Origin: a virus
Taxonomy: Duplodnaviria > Caudoviricetes
DNA: 64,000 nucleotides
Strand: one strand, 5' to 3'
Virus record (IMG/VR): IMGVR_UViG_3300030419_007201
Location: 2,079 to 66,078 of that record
Shown piece by piece: positions 30,601 through 38,602 of the stretch. The notes under the pieces were generated by a model. The model was not told where the DNA came from. It saw nothing but the letters and a program-made list of their open reading frames with translations, and did no database searches. Made by a program: the position numbers and the translations under genes. Each line of letters starts with the position of its first letter. Position 1 is the first letter of the stretch.

Positions 30601-30678
30601 TGGTACGCCCGACAGGATTCGAACCTGTGACCTACGGCTTAGAAGGCCGTTGCTTCTATCCAGCTGAGCTACGGGCGC
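30601..30678 (-). tRNA. tRNA-Arg (anticodon UCU) with encoded CCA
   Basis: GCGCCCG acceptor stem, ACGGC-CTTCTAA-GCCGT anticodon arm, GGTTCGAATCC T-arm, 3' ACCA. Confidence 0.95.
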
Positions 30679-30686
30679 ATGTTTTA

Positions 30687-30920
30687 TTAAGGTAACCGGC
30701 GGTTTTTGTCTACAAAGAAAGACTTGTCTAAAACAGAAACGATTTTCCAATCATCACCAGTTGCCTTGCTAATATTGTGTCTCTGCACGTAAGCGTCAGC
30801 CATTGCCTCTGGAAAGGATCTACTATCCGTACCGAATATAGCAGACTGGCCACTTTCTTTATTTACGATCTCGATCAAAAATTCAGTTGTATCGTTTTCG
30901 TTCTCTCTGATATCTTCCAT
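30687..30920 (-). CDS. Hypothetical protein
   Basis: 77-aa ORF. Confidence 0.6.
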   Translation of the reverse strand: MEDIRENENDTTEFLIEIVNKESGQSAIFGTDSRSFPEAMADAYVQRHNISKATGDDWKIVSVLDKSFFVDKNRRLP

Positions 30921-30923
30921 TTT

Positions 30924-31136
30924 TTAATCCAATAAGAGCTTTTTGCCTCTTTTAATTTCTTCTTTAAATTCTGAAATGTCTACTTCTTCGCCTTGTTGTT
31001 CCTTGTAGTACATCTCACCAAGTAAAGGATAACGTTCAAACACTTGTCTCGGAGAGGCTAGTTTTTCGTTTATTTGAATCTCCCTTACGAGATTTTCTAT
31101 TTTTTTTGCCATTCTTTTTTTCCTTCTTGACTTCAT
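30924..31136 (-). CDS. Hypothetical protein (start may be MAKKIEN)
   Basis: ORF packed in the gene run. Confidence 0.5.
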   Translation of the reverse strand: MKSRRKKRMAKKIENLVREIQINEKLASPRQVFERYPLLGEMYYKEQQGEEVDISEFKEEIKRGKKLLLD

Positions 31137-31344
31137 AATCTGGATGTAAACGCGTTTTTACTACAAATTGATTTCTAGAATGTACACGCTTGACTTTTAC
31201 TTGCATTCCTTTGTGTTTATCGTCGCTTTCCCATATATTAATAAGCTTTTTACGCAAGGTATCAGCTGATTGATAGGTATCGTGATATGAGTCATTCTTC
31301 CATGGTTTTCCTGGCCTAATGATTTCTTTTTCTTGTTCTAACAT
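31036..31344 (-). CDS. Hypothetical basic protein
   Basis: Start moved to MLEQEK, just after the upstream stop. Confidence 0.55.
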   Translation of the reverse strand: MLEQEKEIIRPGKPWKNDSYHDTYQSADTLRKKLINIWESDDKHKGMQVKVKRVHSRNQFVVKTRLHPDYEVKKEKKNGKKNRKSRKGDSNKRKTSLSETSV

Positions 31345-31348
31345 GCTA

Positions 31349-31519
31349 TTAAGTCTTAACTCTAACCTGCTCAACAAGTCGCTGCATATCTTCAGCAACT
31401 CTATTTTGAGTAACCCTCAAGTCGTTTTCTAATACAGCTATCTGATCAGTCAAAGAGCTGACCCTGTTTTGCAATTTAGCAACCTGTTGTGTTAATTCGT
31501 TTGTCTTGCTGTCTTCCAT
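31349..31519 (-). CDS. Small coiled-coil protein (56 aa, not in ORF track)
   Basis: Hand-translated MEDSKTNELTQQVAKLQNRVSSLTDQIAVLENDLR...; RBS AGGAGG. Confidence 0.7.
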   Translation of the reverse strand: MEDSKTNELTQQVAKLQNRVSSLTDQIAVLENDLRVTQNRVAEDMQRLVEQVRVKT

Positions 31520-31578
31520 GTCTTCCTCCTATGAAGATATATACACACTAACATATAAAATTTTATTAGTTAAGAAAA

Positions 31579-31604
31579 AAATGGTGGAGATTTAAACCCA
31601 GGTT
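31579..31604 (-). repeat. Degenerate duplicate of the tmRNA 3' end (att-like scar)
   Basis: AAATGGTGGAGAT at 31579-31591 equals 32888-32900; followed by aacccaggt, versus aacccgggt in the tmRNA T-arm. Confidence 0.6.
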
Positions 31605-31608
31605 AAGT

Positions 31609-32850
31609 TTATCTTCTTTCCCAAGTCGGGTAGGCCGTGGTGTCTCCAGAGATGGCAGCAAAAGTTCCGTGGTTGCCATTTCCTGAGTAGTCTTTAACAG
31701 TAGTCCCTCTGCCTTCATCAAATTTCCAATACCCTACTAAACCACTTTGACCCCTGTGGTCATATTTAGTTGAAGCGTTATATACATCTGCAACCCAATC
31801 AGCATCTTTTGCTGTATCAAAAATAGCTACTTCATCAAGACCGCAAGCCCATCCGTTGTTGTAACTATCAGCTATATTACGAGTACCAAAATAGATACCA
31901 CCAGTTGAACCACCTGTAGAACTCCAATTGATGGTGCCTGTATGTCGTAAAACACCATTTACATATACCTTACGGTCAGCACCAGAAGATGTATCTGTAC
32001 GGTCATCATAAGTTACTACAAAATGATACCAAGTACCGTCTGTTTTTAGATTCCAGTACTCACCATCTTGAACTAACAATGATTCTTCAACGGGAGTATC
32101 CATATTAACCCATGCGGGTGCTAGTTTATTTGAACCAACGGCAAAGTATCCTTGACGTTTTCTATTAATACCAAATGTAAATCTTTCATTATTACTATGC
32201 TTTCTACCAAATGCAAACATAGTATTTCCTACTTCATCTGGCCTAACCCAGTAAGAAACAGTAAATCCTAAATTAAGATCATAATCATCAGGATTAAAAT
32301 CAGTTGTTACATAATCATAGGCTCTTGTCGCTACGTCAGAATTTCCAGTGAATGTTAGACTATAGTTTGTCGACATTGCGCTGCGTAGCTTGCCGCCGCG
32401 ACGGCGGCGCGCCATCAGATTATCGCGCTTAAATAATTCCATCGCGTGGTCGTAATCTAAATCAGCTAGTCTTTGATTAAGAGGGTCGGATAGCCACATA
32501 TTCCAATCAAGCTCTTGAAGAGAGGGTTCGCGAGTGTGGACTATGATCCTTATTTCTTCAAGCCTTTTGTCCTCTCGCTTTTGGTAATCTATTTCACCTA
32601 GCAAAGTATCAAGCTGAGCCATCAGCTTATCTTCAGCTAATTTTTCTTTTGCTTGGGTATGCTTTTGACGGACACGTTCAGTTTCCTGTTGTTCTAAAAG
32701 AAGTTTTTCGCGCGCTTCGATCTCTTTTTGCTTGCGTGCTTCTTCTTCTATTATAGCAGCTTGCTCCGCTTCTTTTTTAGCTTCCAACTCTGCTTCGTGG
32801 CGCCATTTCTTTTCCCACTGCTTTTGCCGTCGTTTCATATACTCTAACAT
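31609..32850 (-). CDS. Coiled-coil + LamG (concanavalin-like) domain protein
   Basis: FTVSYWVR, WYHFVVTYD, VYVNG, LDEVAIF, LVGYWKFDEG...DYSGNGNHG. Confidence 0.85.
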   Translation of the reverse strand: MLEYMKRRQKQWEKKWRHEAELEAKKEAEQAAIIEEEARKQKEIEAREKLLLEQQETERVRQKHTQAKEKLAEDKLMAQLDTLLGEIDYQKREDKRLEEIRIIVHTREPSLQELDWNMWLSDPLNQRLADLDYDHAMELFKRDNLMARRRRGGKLRSAMSTNYSLTFTGNSDVATRAYDYVTTDFNPDDYDLNLGFTVSYWVRPDEVGNTMFAFGRKHSNNERFTFGINRKRQGYFAVGSNKLAPAWVNMDTPVEESLLVQDGEYWNLKTDGTWYHFVVTYDDRTDTSSGADRKVYVNGVLRHTGTINWSSTGGSTGGIYFGTRNIADSYNNGWACGLDEVAIFDTAKDADWVADVYNASTKYDHRGQSGLVGYWKFDEGRGTTVKDYSGNGNHGTFAAISGDTTAYPTWERR

Positions 32851-32890
32851 TTGTATTTTTAAACTCCTGTTAATATAAGTAGTATATAAA

Positions 32891-33217
32891 TGGTGGAGAT
32901 GCCGGGAGTCGAACCCGGGTCCTAAATAGTCATCATTATTTGTCGTTCACAAGGTTAGAAAAATGACCCGCCGCATTATTCAAGCCCGCCTCGCATGAGA
33001 CACTCCAATACTAACAAATGCTTTTTTAGGATAAAAGCCATCCTTAATATGCAACTTTTGTTAACAAGGCAGTTACCGCCCCGTGATTATGCCGCTAAAG
33101 CGTAATCAAAAGCAACGTTATCGTTGGCGTTTAAAGGTTTGAGTGTTTTTACTGTGCCACACTCACACAGCCTTGCACAAACAATAAATTATACCTAGTC
33201 GATACCAGTTCATCCCC
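32891..33217 (-). ncRNA. ssrA: tmRNA; tag peptide ANDNVAFDYALAA*
   Basis: 5' GGGGATG pairs with 3' CATCTCC-ACCA including G3:U70; T-arm GGTTCGACTCC; tag ORF 33128-33087. Confidence 0.95.
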
Positions 33218-33323
33218 AAATTTTTAAAGAACTCTATACTAAGATAGTAACATATAATTATACGTTAAGTCAAATAAAAAATTTTTATTTTTCATATTGT
33301 TTAATCGTCGCTATAATTATATT

Positions 33324-33545
33324 ATGGGCAGCGAAATAAATGTAGGTTCTCTTGTGCATGTATCAGATGGTACAAAATTATTCAAATTTGATTCTGATAA
33401 AAAATGGATTGCCAAATATCTAGATTTGAAAGAAACGCATCTCCTAGTGATTGAAAGCCTTAACAAAGAAAACGATAAGCTTTACAAAGTCTTATACGGT
33501 GGCTCTGAGTGGTTTATCTCATCTAAAGATGTTACGATTATTTAA
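33324..33545 (+). CDS. Small SH3/KOW-like hypothetical protein
   Basis: VGSLVHV...YKVLY...WF pattern; start moved to MGSE. Confidence 0.55.
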   Translation: MGSEINVGSLVHVSDGTKLFKFDSDKKWIAKYLDLKETHLLVIESLNKENDKLYKVLYGGSEWFISSKDVTII

Positions 33546-34048
33546 TTAATCTGCCATCCATGTTGTTCGGCTAGTTGCTCAAGATCCTGCTTGTCGACCT
33601 GGAAAGCTATATTTCCCGGGAGACCTGGGACGGAGAATGGCTGGCTTAGTTCTTCAGGGCGCAATAGCATTTCTCCAGCACCGGTCATAGTAGTGTTGGG
33701 TCGCACTTGGCCGCGAGGAAGGCCTTGTAGAACCTGTAGAGTTAAGGTGACCGGGCGTGAACTGGCGCCTCCTTGTGCCATAGAAAGATAGGTAGGCTTT
33801 CCAGCCCTCATAGATGCATCGACATCGGGCCCAGGAGAATCTGCAACAGTGTGGTCTTGTACTTCAATATCGACAGTAGAACGACCTCCCTGCATCGCGT
33901 CCATAGCTAAATTAGTTAATTCATATAGATCGATCGAGATGGAGCCGTCTCTTCTTATTGCCGATACCTCATCCAAGGTATTGGCTTGGTCTTCGGTAAC
34001 ATACTTGCGCCAATTTTCAAATAAGTTTTTCATGTCTCTAGTACTCAT
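33542..34048 (-). CDS. FENW-leader protein, unknown domain
   Basis: MSTRDMKNLFENWRKYVTE; RBS GAGG; ACTATTTA upstream. Confidence 0.8.
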   Translation of the reverse strand: MSTRDMKNLFENWRKYVTEDQANTLDEVSAIRRDGSISIDLYELTNLAMDAMQGGRSTVDIEVQDHTVADSPGPDVDASMRAGKPTYLSMAQGGASSRPVTLTLQVLQGLPRGQVRPNTTMTGAGEMLLRPEELSQPFSVPGLPGNIAFQVDKQDLEQLAEQHGWQIN

Positions 34049-34063
34049 AATTACACCTCTTTA

Positions 34064-34429
34064 TTAAATAGTGTTTTTTTTGTTAAAAAAGCTTTTAATA
34101 TCAAACTTCTTTAAATACTTATTTAAGTCACTTCTTGTAATCCCTAAAAAAGAAGCAGCCTCGCCTTTTGTTCTGGCCGCTGAATATGCATACTTCAAAA
34201 CCGCATCTCTAGCTATTTGTGGAATTTTTTGCCAAAGTTTAAATCCATATAATTTGTGATTAACTGACTTGGCAGCCAACTCTAGTCGCAAGGCTATAAT
34301 ATCTTCTAGGGTCAGACTGCACAACATTATTTCAAACTCCTCAGTGATTTTATTCTCTGATCTGAGTTTGTTTGAAAGAGAGTAGTATTCCTGATCCAGC
34401 TTTGTATATCTCGGTCTTTTTTGCTGCAT
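34064..34429 (-). CDS. Protein with C-terminal Fis-type HTH
   Basis: TKGEAASFLGITRSDLNKYLKK. Confidence 0.6.
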   Translation of the reverse strand: MQQKRPRYTKLDQEYYSLSNKLRSENKITEEFEIMLCSLTLEDIIALRLELAAKSVNHKLYGFKLWQKIPQIARDAVLKYAYSAARTKGEAASFLGITRSDLNKYLKKFDIKSFFNKKNTI

Positions 34430-34430
34430 A

Positions 34431-35279
34431 CTACGGCATGCCGGGAGCACTATCTACTTCAGTCTGACCTGTAAGCTCTCCGCCTTTTGGAAGCTCTGTG
34501 ATAGGATCTGTATAAGCTGGCTCTTGTCCTAGCTGCTCTGCCAGTTCCTTTTCATATTTGACAAACCAAAGATCTAAATTGTGAATTAAATACGATTCGT
34601 ATTCTTTCTTGTCGTCCGGATTATCTAGGATCTTGTATGCTTTTTGAATTTCATCAAAGAAATTCGAATTATTTAATGCATTAAAAGCCATACGAGCGCC
34701 TGTGCCTTCCGAGCCTTGAATGGCGAAACCGCCAAAATCCTCTTCTTCCTCTTCCTCTTTAGATTTCTTCTTAGGCTTTTCTTTATCAGGAGTAATCAAA
34801 TTTTCGGCATCGTCAGGAGTGAGATCTAAATCAATGTTTATATCCTCCTCGTCGAGGCGCGCCAGGACCTCCTCTAAGGGCTGTTCTGCGGCTTCTGCGC
34901 CTGGGGACGACATAGACTTCAGTGTATCAAAGAAAGTGTCTACAGAGCTTAATACGTTGTCTCTGAAGGACTTTCTCTGTTCCTTATAATTCTTCTCCGA
35001 AGTTAGCTGGCGATAATTTGGCTTTATGATTGGCAACAACACATTTAAAACATCAGCCAATAAATTAATGGCTGTAGATCTATAAGGCGCCGGATCCGTA
35101 TCAGCATCAACATCTGAAGCCTCCTTCATCAACTTTCGTACAATCGATCTAAACTTCTTTTCTTCTTCTAAAATCTCATTATGTGCCAATGCTTTCTTTT
35201 TGGCTACCATGTTAATTGCTTTACGTACAAAACGACGAAGCTTTAGTTCTTGTAAGAACTCTTCTCGATCGATCTTCAT
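34431..35279 (-). CDS. Acidic protein with repeated (L/I/M)xE sites, putative head-internal protein
   Basis: MKIDREEF...LRRFVRKAI...RSIVRKLMKE; RBS GAGG; ACTAATTA upstream. Confidence 0.7.
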   Translation of the reverse strand: MKIDREEFLQELKLRRFVRKAINMVAKKKALAHNEILEEEKKFRSIVRKLMKEASDVDADTDPAPYRSTAINLLADVLNVLLPIIKPNYRQLTSEKNYKEQRKSFRDNVLSSVDTFFDTLKSMSSPGAEAAEQPLEEVLARLDEEDINIDLDLTPDDAENLITPDKEKPKKKSKEEEEEEDFGGFAIQGSEGTGARMAFNALNNSNFFDEIQKAYKILDNPDDKKEYESYLIHNLDLWFVKYEKELAEQLGQEPAYTDPITELPKGGELTGQTEVDSAPGMP

Positions 35280-35311
35280 AAGGCGCACCTCGCTTAATAA
35301 ACTTTCTCTTA

Positions 35312-38128
35312 CTAATTAGTGCGAATTATACTGTTTCGCTTTATCTTTTTACCAGCGCCGGCTTCGACGGCGCCACCACCGACTGCAGATACTTCGTCTA
35401 ATTCTTCTTCTTCCATTCTTGCACCGCCAGTATGACCATAGAGACTCATCACTCTCTCCAAATCAGAATCTTCTGCCTTATCAAAAACAGCATATAGAGG
35501 ATGTTTGGTGCCTAACGTACGCCAGGATCGTTTTGTAACCATATCCAAAACTGTACTTACCAAGTCTGCGGCGCCTTCTTCAATACCCATCTCTTTTCGC
35601 TTTTTTGCCTTTCGAGCAGCTCTTTCGGCTTCTTTCTTCTTTTGAATTTCTTGTGATCTCTCATCTTTCGCTTTTTTTTCTAGTTCTGCTGGTGTTGGCT
35701 CTCTCTCTGGTTGTTTTCGTCGGGTACCATATGGATCATAAGGTTTTCGTACGTAAGGAGCTTTGTCCTCTTCATCTGATAAACTCTTGATCACCCTTTC
35801 CAGCCAAGATGAATCATCTAGCATGTCTTCGGGCTTGGCGTAGGGCCAGAAATTCTTTTTGGTGTCTGGTGGAGGAGGAGGCATGCTTGGATATCCTGTG
35901 ACGTCACTACCCCAATTTACATTAACCTTGACTTTTGGCAACCATTTCGGCCAATTAATTTCATTTACAATTTGTTCAAGCTCAGCTTCGTCAAACTCCA
36001 ACTCTTCAGTCTTAGATACTTTTGTCTTATTTTCAAGCATTGTCATGCCTTCCATTATTACTGTCGGATTTGGCTGTAGCTCATCGAAGATATCTTCAAC
36101 CAATGAAAATAGTTGGGAAACTTCCAAAGTTTTTTTTTCTTTCATATACGTTGCATCTCCCGAAAGTAAATTCCAGATTTCGTCTGCTCTCTTGCGACTA
36201 CTATCTGGTATCATTTGCTTGAATTTGTCTAAATCATTTTGTTCTATCAAATTACGCATTATAGAGGCACTAGCCTCTCCAATTCCAGGAATCACATAAG
36301 CTGGAAACTCTTCAACCTCTAGATTAATGATTGGATGTCCTGATTCATCTTTCGGAACATATTTTTCTGCTGTTCCTTTGAAGCGGCCGGCATCTTTGCT
36401 GCTAGCTCCCATAATAACAGTTTGCTTGGGGTGAGTATCGAGTTGCATAATATCATAAGCTATTTGCATAGGAGAAGCTTTTTTATCAGATACGCGCGAA
36501 ACCTCTCCGTTTTCTACTTCTATTATTGCATAGTTGCCTATTCCGGCGTCCTCTAAGTACATTTCCCATATTGCACTAGAATCTTCAAATGTCACAGTCT
36601 TGTCGTTGATCTTTCTAGGCGAGGCGCCGCCGGATCCCATTATAATAAAAACCATATCTGCTTTGCTAGCGAATTCTTTAACCATCTCAAAATGACCGAT
36701 ATGAGGAGGCTTAAAACCACCAGGAACGAGAGCAACTGTGGAATAACCTTCTAGATCTGCTTTAGGAAGTTTATCCATTTCATCTTCTAATTCGCTTTCT
36801 ACAATATAAATTGGTTTTCCAGTAATGTCTTCTCTTTCTTTAATTAACGTGGTGATGGTTCTTTTCTGCTCTATAGTTAATGATTTGCCAATATGAGTTA
36901 TATCCACGTCATCGTAACCCATTATTTTTCTTAACACTAGTTTTTCCTGTTCTTCAGGTAATGTGACATTTTCTCGAATGATGCTAATTGCCCGGGCAAC
37001 GATTTTATCAACAGATTCTCTGAAAGTGGTTCCCAAGCCTTGGACAATGAAGTCGCCAGTTACTTTAACAGGTCTAGATTCTAATCCACGTATAACAAGC
37101 CCTTCGTGATCTACTGTATTGCCAAACCTAGTTTCCATCGCAGTTTTTATAGAATTGCCTAATAGCCTAGTTGCATGATTAAAAACTGCTCCAGAAATGG
37201 CTGTCTGCAAATCTTCTTCAGGAGATAGAAGAAATTCATCTAAAGGTATTTTATTTAACACTGTTACATAAACTTCTTTACTGATTGCCCAAATAGACTT
37301 ACCAGCAGTAGTAGCCACTGTTTCATGTCCTCCAGGGCCGTGTACTGGATTCACAGCGCTATCTAGCCATTGTTGTAGTGTCCTATCTTCTATGTTGCCA
37401 CGACTAATAGCTATTGGAAATGTAGTATTTAAAGCTTGTGAAAAATCAACATCAGAAATTAAATTTGCTGAAACATCTCCTACTAAAGTGAAACCATGCT
37501 TCGAAGCTATAGGCTCCACTTTTTCGATTAATGAAGCCAATATTTGTTTGTTATATGGTATTTCTGTGCTACCAGCGTCGACGCCCGAAGGGCGGGGAAG
37601 ACCAGGGCGATCCATGGATTGTCCTCTTGCAACTCTCCACGCTTGTGCCTTCTTCTCATAAAATTGATTTATACCATGAATAGCTAAAATAGGCTCTTTA
37701 TACTCAACAACATTAGTTACGCCTTTTTTCATGTACTCGGTGTTAAAAAATTTAGTAGGATCATCCCACATACCTAATTGTTTCAATTCTGTAGTGATCT
37801 GAGGCATTGCTTCATTAAATATTTTAAGCAATACTTCAATCGCAGGAGGCATACCATGACCAGAGGGCCATTTTTCATAAGCATCTGCAGCTGTCATCCC
37901 AGCAACAGATTCTGTATGAGATGTTCCACGATCCATCCTGAAATCTTTTCCATTCGGCTTTGTTTCATCGTCTACTAGCTTAAAACTTACATTAATGCCA
38001 TCAAACTTAAGACTTGGTGCATTTGCTTTAATATGATTTGCAATTTTTTCAAAATATTGTATTAAATCATACCCAGTCTTAACTTCTGGAATATCAAACG
38101 GATGCTGCATGTGCCCTGGCGTGCCCAT
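35312..38128 (-). CDS. Multidomain protein: ligase-type nucleotidyltransferase domain + HIGH cytidyltransferase domain + acidic tail
   Basis: KFDG, NTEY, HEGLVIR, PVKV; PGGFKPPHIGH and SASIMR. Confidence 0.7.
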   Translation of the reverse strand: MGTPGHMQHPFDIPEVKTGYDLIQYFEKIANHIKANAPSLKFDGINVSFKLVDDETKPNGKDFRMDRGTSHTESVAGMTAADAYEKWPSGHGMPPAIEVLLKIFNEAMPQITTELKQLGMWDDPTKFFNTEYMKKGVTNVVEYKEPILAIHGINQFYEKKAQAWRVARGQSMDRPGLPRPSGVDAGSTEIPYNKQILASLIEKVEPIASKHGFTLVGDVSANLISDVDFSQALNTTFPIAISRGNIEDRTLQQWLDSAVNPVHGPGGHETVATTAGKSIWAISKEVYVTVLNKIPLDEFLLSPEEDLQTAISGAVFNHATRLLGNSIKTAMETRFGNTVDHEGLVIRGLESRPVKVTGDFIVQGLGTTFRESVDKIVARAISIIRENVTLPEEQEKLVLRKIMGYDDVDITHIGKSLTIEQKRTITTLIKEREDITGKPIYIVESELEDEMDKLPKADLEGYSTVALVPGGFKPPHIGHFEMVKEFASKADMVFIIMGSGGASPRKINDKTVTFEDSSAIWEMYLEDAGIGNYAIIEVENGEVSRVSDKKASPMQIAYDIMQLDTHPKQTVIMGASSKDAGRFKGTAEKYVPKDESGHPIINLEVEEFPAYVIPGIGEASASIMRNLIEQNDLDKFKQMIPDSSRKRADEIWNLLSGDATYMKEKKTLEVSQLFSLVEDIFDELQPNPTVIMEGMTMLENKTKVSKTEELEFDEAELEQIVNEINWPKWLPKVKVNVNWGSDVTGYPSMPPPPPDTKKNFWPYAKPEDMLDDSSWLERVIKSLSDEEDKAPYVRKPYDPYGTRRKQPEREPTPAELEKKAKDERSQEIQKKKEAERAARKAKKRKEMGIEEGAADLVSTVLDMVTKRSWRTLGTKHPLYAVFDKAEDSDLERVMSLYGHTGGARMEEEELDEVSAVGGGAVEAGAGKKIKRNSIIRTN

Positions 38129-38131
38129 GTA

Positions 38132-38308
38132 CTATTCCTCTTTTTGCTTTGCTTTCTTTGCTGGCTTTGCTTTTGTAGTCGGCTTTGGTGTTGGAACGAC
38201 CGCTTCAACTACCTTCTCAACAGTTTCAACAACTGCCTGGACTGTCTCGGCCGCTCTCTTTCTCAAAACTCTTAACTTTCTAATTCTTCTTCTTCTTGGT
38301 GATCCCAT
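38132..38308 (-). CDS. Small Arg/Lys-rich basic protein (58 aa, not in ORF track)
   Basis: Hand-translated MGSPRRRRIRKLRVLRKRAAETV...KPAKKAKQKEE; RBS AGGAGG. Confidence 0.75.
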   Translation of the reverse strand: MGSPRRRRIRKLRVLRKRAAETVQAVVETVEKVVEAVVPTPKPTTKAKPAKKAKQKEE

Positions 38309-38320
38309 GGTTTACCTCCT

Positions 38321-38602
38321 TTATCCTTTGAAAACCTTATATCTTGACCCATCTGTTGTGGCATCTGTATTAGCTTGGCTAGATGCATCTTGGTTGCTTT
38401 CTGGGCGTCTAATATTACTAACTGTTTTAGCTGATAGGCCAAACGGCACATAGGATCCAGAGGCGTTTGTGCCTCGACCAGAATCTCCTGCTAGGCCGTG
38501 AGTACTATACTCGCTTGATACATTTTGATGTCTTTTGACAGTAAAATCATGTTTATGATTCTTGTCAAAATAATCTAAAAAATTTTCTTCTCTAGCGGAC
38601 AT
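38321..38602 (-). CDS. Hypothetical protein
   Basis: 93-aa ORF abutting its upstream neighbour. Confidence 0.65.
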   Translation of the reverse strand: MSAREENFLDYFDKNHKHDFTVKRHQNVSSEYSTHGLAGDSGRGTNASGSYVPFGLSAKTVSNIRRPESNQDASSQANTDATTDGSRYKVFKG

